Positions 8,476-15,135 of a DNA stretch of 43,955 nucleotides are shown one piece after another. The notes beneath the pieces were generated by a model. That model was not told the origin of the DNA, did not search any database, and saw only the letters and a program-made list of their open reading frames with translations. Origin of the DNA: a virus. Every line of letters starts with the position of its first letter. The first letter of the stretch is position 1. The stretch is taken from UHGV virus genome UHGV-0152227; one strand, 5' to 3'. Made by a program: the position numbers and the translations under genes.

Positions 8476-9186
8476 ATGGCTAATGCTCAAACTGCCATCT
8501 TCAAATTTGAATCTGTTAACCCTATCCGTTCCATCATTATCGATGGCCAACCATGGTTTGTAGCCCAAGACGTTTGTAGTGCGCTGCGTATCCAAAACGT
8601 CACCCAAGCACTTGAAAAACTGGATGATGATGAAAGGTCTATGTTCAACATAGGGCATGAACATCGTGCAATTTTTGACAGCCGAGTAAAAGAGATCAAC
8701 ATCATCTCCGAGTCAGGCCTCTACACACTGATCCTCCGCTGCCGCGACGCAGTGACACCAGGCACTATCCCCTACCGCTTTCGTAAATGGGTTACAGGTG
8801 AGGTTCTTCCTCAGATCCGCCGCACCGGAAGTTACATTAAAAACTCGCTCCCGCAGGAAGAACGCATAAAGATGGTTGCCGACCAGGTTGCAAACGCCAC
8901 AGCATCAGCAGTGATGCAGGCAATGAAGATAGAGAACAAAACCTACAGCGCCCCACTGAAGCCCGGCTACCGTAGCCTGATTCATTCGCCGTCTGGTGTT
9001 CTCGGCCTGACGGAGAACTCACTGCTGATGAATCTGCTGAACCAGTTACAGGAAGACGGGCACGACGTATCGGGCGCGGCGGCGGAGCTGACCACCATGT
9101 TCTGCTACATCGTCGGTGTGAGCAAATGCCTGCGTGATATCCAGACGCACGCGGAGTACATCAACGACAAGGCTGGGTTCTTCTGA
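8476..9186 (+). CDS. Antirepressor, BRO-N domain with shared C-terminal module
   Basis: ATG 8476 with GGAG RBS; BRO-N motifs (FKFESVNPIRSIIIDGQPWFVAQDVCSAL, IISESGLYTLILR, WVTGEVLPQIRRTGSY); C-terminal ~80 aa near-identical to the 41902 protein. Confidence 0.8.
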   Translation: MANAQTAIFKFESVNPIRSIIIDGQPWFVAQDVCSALRIQNVTQALEKLDDDERSMFNIGHEHRAIFDSRVKEINIISESGLYTLILRCRDAVTPGTIPYRFRKWVTGEVLPQIRRTGSYIKNSLPQEERIKMVADQVANATASAVMQAMKIENKTYSAPLKPGYRSLIHSPSGVLGLTENSLLMNLLNQLQEDGHDVSGAAAELTTMFCYIVGVSKCLRDIQTHAEYINDKAGFF

Positions 9187-9210
9187 CGGGCGGCGGCACA
9201 GGGATGTGCC
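8944..9210 (+). repeat. Direct repeat copy A (~267 bp, ~95% identical to 42379-42646): antirepressor C-terminal module plus downstream hairpin
   Basis: Aligned by eye with copy B; only a few mismatches; ends in palindrome GGCACAGGGATGTGCC. Confidence 0.9.
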
Positions 9211-9230
9211 TTTAAATAATTCTGTACAGA

Positions 9231-9273
9231 TTGCAGACTGTGGGTGAATAGCGTACTATTACCTCAAGGGTAA
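9231..9273 (+). promoter_or_regulatory. Promoter-like element with operator palindrome TTACCTCAAGGGTAA
   Basis: TTGCAG-N17-TACTAT followed by operator 9259-9273 of the same family as the immunity-region operators. Confidence 0.45.
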
Positions 9274-9333
9274 ACGGATTGGTTTCATTTTTATTAATCC
9301 GTGTAATGAACTTATGAGATATGAGGTAATGTC

Positions 9334-9513
9334 ATGCGAAACGAAAAATTGCAGATGCGTAGAGCGCAAGCTGCCGCAAGACGTTCTTTCAATGGAAGCG
9401 TAGAGTACGTAAAAGTTACTATGACAAAAGATCACGCAAGTCGCGTATCCCGCGCTTTCTTTGATTCTCGTAACAATAAGGAAAATTATGAGTTCGTCTG
9501 CGTCGCAGAATGA
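9334..9513 (+). CDS. Small basic protein (59 aa), candidate antitoxin or regulator, upstream gene of a two-gene cassette
   Basis: ATG 9334 with GAGG RBS 6 nt upstream; overlaps downstream gene by 26 nt; contains that gene's RBS; below the ORF-track size cutoff. Confidence 0.5.
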   Translation: MRNEKLQMRRAQAAARRSFNGSVEYVKVTMTKDHASRVSRAFFDSRNNKENYEFVCVAE

Positions 9514-10033
9514 TAAAAATCAAATTGTCAGATATAAGGGTCGAGTATTGCATACGCAAAATTTCTCGGCCCTTTGTGCATCTGATCTTGAGCTGAAGAA
9601 AGTATCTGATGCCTTTACCCAGTATTGGAAAACGGGATACCATCCATCTCTTGGTAAAGATGCTGCATTTGCTCGTCCGACAGAAATGCTTAAACTAAAT
9701 GTCAGGCATACTCATGTCGATAACCAAGACTATATTCCAGAAGATAGTGATAAAAAACACACTGGTAAAAAATCATCTTGGGATGCATGGAAAAATATAG
9801 CGTCTGTGCAAGTAAAATGCATACCAACAAGTGATTGCTTTTTAGTTTATTCGGTAAATCACAATCGTGATGCGCTGGTTATGTTTTTTGTTGACGCAGA
9901 TGCCCACAACATAACTGAGCAAGAAGAGTTTAAAGAGGCAGCAATCACTATCAGTTATCAATTCTTTCAGAAAACAAAAACAGAACCAATGCCTTTAGAA
10001 GAAGATCTTTTTTCTGATAAATGGAAGGAATAA
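9488..10033 (+). CDS. Candidate toxin, distant resemblance to YafO-type mRNA interferases (tentative)
   Basis: ATG 9488 with AAGGA RBS; AT-rich; recalled YafO-like motifs (F-x2-Y-x3-G-x2-P-x2-G-[KR]-D-A, V-x-H-x-H, LVY...A-hydrophobic run); followed by strong terminator. Confidence 0.45.
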   Translation: MSSSASQNDKNQIVRYKGRVLHTQNFSALCASDLELKKVSDAFTQYWKTGYHPSLGKDAAFARPTEMLKLNVRHTHVDNQDYIPEDSDKKHTGKKSSWDAWKNIASVQVKCIPTSDCFLVYSVNHNRDALVMFFVDADAHNITEQEEFKEAAITISYQFFQKTKTEPMPLEEDLFSDKWKE

Positions 10034-10055
10034 GCCCGCGTTGCGGGCTTTTTTG
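10034..10055 (+). terminator. Rho-independent terminator
   Basis: GCCCGC-gttg-CGGGC followed by TTTTTTG. Confidence 0.8.
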
Positions 10056-10126
10056 TGGACGAAACAAAAGTCAGTGCTACACTCATTGACGCCACATTGA
10101 GGTGGCTTATAGATGGAAATTTCACA

Positions 10127-10288
10127 ATGAAAAAAGCATTTGCTGCACTGTTCGTTTTGTTGTCTCTGGTAGCTTCAACTCAGGCCTTTGCCGGTCGTTG
10201 TCAGCACGACAGCGATACTGCCGCTGACGGCTCCCGCTGCGGTGGGCGTTCTGCGGATTCCCGCCCTGGCGGCGGTGGCATTCGTTAA
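10127..10288 (+). CDS. Small secreted peptide (signal peptide plus ~31-aa Cys/Gly/Asp-rich mature part)
   Basis: ATG 10127; MKKAFAALFVLLSLVASTQAFA signal-like N-terminus; flanked by terminators; weak RBS. Confidence 0.45.
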   Translation: MKKAFAALFVLLSLVASTQAFAGRCQHDSDTAADGSRCGGRSADSRPGGGGIR

Positions 10289-10294
10289 AAACAA

Positions 10295-10310
10295 GGCCGC
10301 GAAAGCGGCC
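10295..10310. terminator. Hairpin GGCCGC-gaaa-GCGGCC; terminator for the minus-strand late operon, possibly bidirectional
   Basis: Perfect 6-bp stem; T-run on the minus strand (complement of AAAAACAA). Confidence 0.55.
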
Positions 10311-10311
10311 T

Positions 10312-10323
10312 GTGACATGTCAC
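10312..10323. repeat. 12-bp perfect palindrome GTGACATGTCAC, copy 1 of 3
   Basis: Exact match to copies at 27684-27695 and 29949-29960; lies 1 nt downstream of the stop of gene 10325-10885. Confidence 0.9.
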
Positions 10324-10324
10324 A

Positions 10325-10885
10325 CTACATTGATATATGATTCATAAAGTAGCTTAAAGATTTACTTCCCAGAAAAGAAATTTCTTTTCCTGGATATGTC
10401 GCAATAATTGAGCATGACTTATCCCCGTTAGAGGTAACAAATCCTGAATAACCTACTTGTTCTTTACCATTTTGTTGCTTGGCTAAAAAGTAGAGGTAGC
10501 TTATCTTTTTGCCCTCTGGGTAAAACTCTGCCAAACCAGTATCGGTGATTGAATATTTTATTCTCCCGCCTTGAGTAACGTTTTCCATCTCAAGTTTAGC
10601 TATGTCTTTTCTGTTGTATTCAGCATTGATTTTCCTTTCGAAATCAATGTTGTTTTCAAATGAGTAGGAAGCAACAGTCTGAATAGATGGGAACACGTTT
10701 ATCTGGATGCCTCCACAGTCGGCACAGGTATAAAGGTATGAATCAGATGGAATCCCCATAAAAGAAAACTGAGTTACCTTAAATTTATCGCTATCTCCAA
10801 AGTATTGAAGTTCGCATTTAACATTTTGCCCTGCAAAAGAAAATGCAGACATCAATATTGAAACAAAAAATATAATTGCCTTCAT
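10325..10885 (-). CDS. Secreted protein of unknown function, last gene of the late operon (possible moron or exclusion factor)
   Basis: N-terminal signal peptide MKAIIFFVSILMSAFSFA; AT-rich; abuts stop of upstream virion gene. Confidence 0.6.
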   Translation of the reverse strand: MKAIIFFVSILMSAFSFAGQNVKCELQYFGDSDKFKVTQFSFMGIPSDSYLYTCADCGGIQINVFPSIQTVASYSFENNIDFERKINAEYNRKDIAKLEMENVTQGGRIKYSITDTGLAEFYPEGKKISYLYFLAKQQNGKEQVGYSGFVTSNGDKSCSIIATYPGKEISFLGSKSLSYFMNHISM

Positions 10886-10887
10886 TA

Positions 10888-13440
10888 TTATTTACCTAGC
10901 ATGAACTGCGATGGTGGGATCAGAAAGTCGTTACCCTGCTCACGCTCAACACGGCGCTGATAACGCTCAAGAGAGCCTGGGTCAAGGGCATCTTGTATCC
11001 GGTTCAATATTAAACCATTCATCGCCGTACGAAGCCAGAACACGTTGAGGAATGGCGTATTGTCAAGTGCCGTGCGATACCAGTCACCCAAATCTGCATC
11101 CCCTCTCGTGGTCTGCTGGAGCAGCGTGATAATGCTGTCAGCGTTCGATGCTGCTGGCCCCATTAGCGACGTAACCGGCCCGGCCCCCATGCGGTTGACC
11201 TCGCCAAACATGAAGTCACCCAAGATGCCAAGACCGCCCCCCTGAGATGCGGCTGCGAGAAACGTCTTGGCATCTGCCGGGCGTGGTGTTTGCCCTTTCA
11301 GCATGAGTTTTGACTGCATGGAGATATAACCAAACATAGTCGCCCAGACAAAGAGGTTTGCAGCACCAAGGAAAGCCCCCTTCCCGTTACGTAGCAGCGC
11401 ATTCGTCAGCGATCCGGTTTTCGACTCACCAAGCCCAGCAGGAATATAACCACGCCCGAATACTTCGCGTCCTAGTACGTTCTGCATGAAGCTTGCAGTG
11501 AACGATTTGTACTGACCAGCGAATCGTATTGCTTCCCCAGCCACCGTTCCTGGCACCGTGCCCATCTTCATAAACGCCTGCGTGCGATCGCCAGGCTCTG
11601 ACATGGCGATATTCAGGCGGTCAAGGATGTAGCCGCGCAACTGCCCTTCCAATTGATCGCGTGCGTCAGCGATAGCGCGCTGCGTTGGTTTGATCCCCTT
11701 ACTCTCTACATAACCGGCAATCACTTCGTCAGGCACGCCGCGGATGCCGCTGGTCGTCATGAACTTACGACCTTCGCTATCGGCCATGTCCATGTTGCGA
11801 AAAATTTCCCACTCACGTTCGCCAATACCGTGCAGATCCAGCACGCGTCGCAGGTCTTCCGGTAGCCGCGCATGAGACTGGTCAGCATTCTTTGCAAGCC
11901 AGTTGGTTATCATCATGGCGTTGCTGTTGCGACCGCTCTCGGTCCAGAAGTTCATGAGGTTGTACTTAAAGAAAAGCTGCTGCGCGCGACCAAGCTTTCC
12001 ATTCAGCGTGTCATCACCAGATATGCGCCGGATGATTTCCTGCGTCATGGAGTCGGAATAAACTCCGATAGAGGAAAGGATCTCTTTCTGCTCCGCGCTG
12101 TTGTAACGCGTGAAGCGGCCTCTCATAGCACCAAGCAACGCCTGCATAAAATTCTGCCCTTGGTAGCGCATCTCGGTAGCGGCGATAGGCACGTCGTTAA
12201 ACGATGAGATTACCGCGCCACCAAGTTGGCTCATACGCAACCAGCCGCGTACAGCCGCCGACGCATTGGCCCAGCCTACGCTGCCAGGAATATTTAGCGA
12301 GCCGTCAACCTGCGGCATTACGGTACGGTTAATGCGACGCACCTTCGTCATGTAGTCAGCCAACGCTGCCGGTCTTCCGGATTTGCTGATATCTTCAGCA
12401 ATGGCGTCCGTCAGGTACTTAAACATGTTCTGTGGGTTAGTGCCCAGTACGCGCATCATGCCCGTTGTGCGGGCAGCGCTGTTTAAGCCACCAAACAGCG
12501 CTTCTCGCAGGCTGCCGGTGCCGAATTGCTGGTTGTACTCGTGCCACGAGATACCATCTTTGAAGTGCAAAATTCGCTCTTGGCTGGCGCGTTTAGCTGC
12601 GTTCGCCGATCCCTTAAAGCCATTCATCCAATCGGGCTTTTCAGATGTAAGATGCACGCCGGAAGCCAGCCCGTTATAAATGTTACGCGTGAACTGCTCG
12701 CGGTCAGCCACGCCGTCAAAAGTGCGCTCATCAAGGCGCGGGAGAATAGCATTTCGCCATGCTTCATAACCTGCGGCGCGGATCTTCATGATGTCGTGTG
12801 ACTGGCGCACTATATAGCCCGGCTCTTTGCGTATCCATGCCCCGGCGCGGTTCTCATCAATGCGCGCAGTTTCCTGCCATTTCATGATGATTTGTGCAGC
12901 GCTTACGGATTGCTTTGTCATACCGTCAGTTGACTGCCCGCGCCCTATGCGCCACATTGCATCGGCAATTTCCCGGTCATTGCTGCCGCTGGCGATGAAT
13001 TGCACCAGCCCGGCACGGTCAAAATCGTAGTTGATACCGGAATGATACTTGCCGCGCAGTTGCGCCACCTCCGAAGATACCGACCGGCGGGCGCCGGTAC
13101 GCGCATCGTTGCGGCCAACCAGCATTGCTTCAAGCCCGATATCCGGGCGGTCTTTCCAGATAGTACGAAGCTCTCTAAGTCGTTGTGCGGCAATACGGGC
13201 GTTGATTGCCTTATTGCGAGCCTCAATCTGTTTTGCCAGCATATCGGCATTGCTCAGTTCTTCCGCTGCGCGCATCGCGGCCTCTTCCAGAGACAGCGCC
13301 TCATTGGTCGCCAGAATTCGCCTAGTGGTGTCGTTCATGTCACGCACCAGCGACTCCATCTCATCGGAAGAAAGCTCGCGACCAGCGGCAGCATTTACAC
13401 TGCGCTCGCACTGCGTCAAAAATTCGTTTGCTGCCATCAC
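10888..13440 (-). CDS. Large virion protein (internal/ejection or tail-associated), 850 aa
   Basis: Long ORF in structural operon, translationally coupled to neighbours; no recognisable enzymatic motif. Confidence 0.6.
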   Translation of the reverse strand: MMAANEFLTQCERSVNAAAGRELSSDEMESLVRDMNDTTRRILATNEALSLEEAAMRAAEELSNADMLAKQIEARNKAINARIAAQRLRELRTIWKDRPDIGLEAMLVGRNDARTGARRSVSSEVAQLRGKYHSGINYDFDRAGLVQFIASGSNDREIADAMWRIGRGQSTDGMTKQSVSAAQIIMKWQETARIDENRAGAWIRKEPGYIVRQSHDIMKIRAAGYEAWRNAILPRLDERTFDGVADREQFTRNIYNGLASGVHLTSEKPDWMNGFKGSANAAKRASQERILHFKDGISWHEYNQQFGTGSLREALFGGLNSAARTTGMMRVLGTNPQNMFKYLTDAIAEDISKSGRPAALADYMTKVRRINRTVMPQVDGSLNIPGSVGWANASAAVRGWLRMSQLGGAVISSFNDVPIAATEMRYQGQNFMQALLGAMRGRFTRYNSAEQKEILSSIGVYSDSMTQEIIRRISGDDTLNGKLGRAQQLFFKYNLMNFWTESGRNSNAMMITNWLAKNADQSHARLPEDLRRVLDLHGIGEREWEIFRNMDMADSEGRKFMTTSGIRGVPDEVIAGYVESKGIKPTQRAIADARDQLEGQLRGYILDRLNIAMSEPGDRTQAFMKMGTVPGTVAGEAIRFAGQYKSFTASFMQNVLGREVFGRGYIPAGLGESKTGSLTNALLRNGKGAFLGAANLFVWATMFGYISMQSKLMLKGQTPRPADAKTFLAAASQGGGLGILGDFMFGEVNRMGAGPVTSLMGPAASNADSIITLLQQTTRGDADLGDWYRTALDNTPFLNVFWLRTAMNGLILNRIQDALDPGSLERYQRRVEREQGNDFLIPPSQFMLGK

Positions 13441-15134
13441 ATCCCCCGGTTAATCATACAGGCGGCAAATGCCCGGAAAGCGTTGCTCATGCTATTGTCG
13501 CTGGCGTCGGCACGAATATCATTGAGTTTCTGGCGCAACGTGGTCGCAAGATCAGGGTTATCGACAGCGATATCGTCAAGCAGGGCGTTACTCAGGTTGA
13601 GCTCGTTATCAAGGTCTGCAGCGGCAGCGGTAATTTCATGATCTGCCTTTTGCGTTTCTTGATAAACCCGATCGGCTGTTTCGCTTGCTGGGCGAGCCGT
13701 TTCATCAACCTGCCGTGCCGGGTTCTGTATGCGATGGATGGCGCGTTCACGCAGTGCCGGTTTGTGCAGTTCATAGAAGGGCTCAACATCTGGGCTACGT
13801 CCTTCCATCATGTGTGCCAGCGCAGCGCGATACGCCTGCTGGTTCACGTTCCAGTCAGCATCCCTGATGGCGCTTGCGGCAGTGCGAACTGCGCCAGCGA
13901 CCGGCGACATCTGCATGCCGTCCAGGATCTGCTGCGCACGCTCGGAAATGGTGACTTTCAGGTCGTCTGGGATCTCACCGCGGGAAATCTGAGACTGGCG
14001 CCAGCGCGCCTGCTCTGCTGTCGCGTTCTGCTCCAGCGATGTGTTGATCTCCTGATTGCGTGCAGCGATGGCGTCTTTCTCGGCCTGAATCTCTTTCAGT
14101 GCCCTAGAGCGCGCATCCTTAAACTTCATCCGCTGCCCCTGATACTTTTTGGTGCGCTGCTGCAGCGTCGCATCAAGCGAGTCAGCATGACGTTGATTAG
14201 CCGCAAGCTCGGCACGCAGGTCGGCAACGTTACCGATCTGACCGCTCTGTAATTCCTGCTGGCGCGCCATATAGTCAGGAACCACGTCGTCATAAGCCCG
14301 GCTGTATGCGTAGCTCTCCGCTTCACTGGAAATGGCCGCCGCCAGATCTGCGTTAGCGCCAACCTCAGGGATATTCACGCCCGCCGGAATGTTGTCAGGC
14401 GTTATCACCGGGGTTGGCTGCGCATCGCCAGAAAACGCCGGGGACTCTCCCGTTGCAGCATCGGGAACGCGACGCGGTCGCACGATATCGGCGATAAGGC
14501 CGCCGCCGGCATGCATTAGACCGCCAGCCATCGTGTTAAAGAAAGTACTTTCCAACGCGTTGCTATAGGTGAAGTCGTCACCTTCCGCCGCCGCTGCCAG
14601 CCCGGTAAGCGGCACGGTCACCACCGCCTGCGCTGCCCCCATGCGTGCACCAGCAACAAATCGCTCGCCAAATCGGCCAAGCACAGAAGCCGCCTTTGCT
14701 TCTCCAGCGAACGGAACCAGCGCCAGCGCCACGTTACCAGGATCTGCCATTGAACCAGCTAGGCTGGCTGCGAAATTAAGCGGCGTGGCTACCCATCCGC
14801 TCGGTGCCGACATCGCGATCTGCTGGCGTGCCAGAGAATCTTTGCGTTCGGCAATAACATGATCGAGAAAAGCCTGCGTAACGCCAGAATCTGGCACGTT
14901 TATGCTCTTTACGCCGTACTGCTTCAGGAGCTCATCCGCTTCCTGCTTACTGATAACTGTAGAGTTTGGGTCATTCGCCAGCGAGTCGGCCTGCGCAAAG
15001 CGGTAGCCGGACATGACCGGCCCCTCTTCAAATCCCTGCTTAAGGGAAGAAAGCAGCGATTCGCCAAGCCCTGCTGGCGCGTTGCCAATTGGCTGGTTAA
15101 TTCCCTGTCCCGGATCATCTGTGTAAATTGGCAT
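13437..15134 (-). CDS. Virion internal protein, 565 aa
   Basis: Position in structural operon; Ala/Gly-rich; overlapping stop/start with neighbours. Confidence 0.6.
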   Translation of the reverse strand: MPIYTDDPGQGINQPIGNAPAGLGESLLSSLKQGFEEGPVMSGYRFAQADSLANDPNSTVISKQEADELLKQYGVKSINVPDSGVTQAFLDHVIAERKDSLARQQIAMSAPSGWVATPLNFAASLAGSMADPGNVALALVPFAGEAKAASVLGRFGERFVAGARMGAAQAVVTVPLTGLAAAAEGDDFTYSNALESTFFNTMAGGLMHAGGGLIADIVRPRRVPDAATGESPAFSGDAQPTPVITPDNIPAGVNIPEVGANADLAAAISSEAESYAYSRAYDDVVPDYMARQQELQSGQIGNVADLRAELAANQRHADSLDATLQQRTKKYQGQRMKFKDARSRALKEIQAEKDAIAARNQEINTSLEQNATAEQARWRQSQISRGEIPDDLKVTISERAQQILDGMQMSPVAGAVRTAASAIRDADWNVNQQAYRAALAHMMEGRSPDVEPFYELHKPALRERAIHRIQNPARQVDETARPASETADRVYQETQKADHEITAAAADLDNELNLSNALLDDIAVDNPDLATTLRQKLNDIRADASDNSMSNAFRAFAACMINRGM

Positions 15135-15135
15135 G

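Noticed and set aside
10055-10126. GTG start at 10055 for the secreted-peptide ORF
   Set aside because: Would begin inside the upstream terminator; the internal ATG at 10127 yields a canonical signal peptide
10312-10323. GTGACATGTCAC as a CRP site
   Set aside because: CRP half-sites are separated by 6 bp; here the spacing is 4 bp, so canonical CRP binding is unlikely despite half-site identity
13000-14252. Long plus-strand ORFs (13000-13641, 13428-14252 and others) inside the minus-strand virion genes
   Set aside because: Antisense to large coupled structural genes in a GC-rich region where spurious ORFs are frequent; no RBS support
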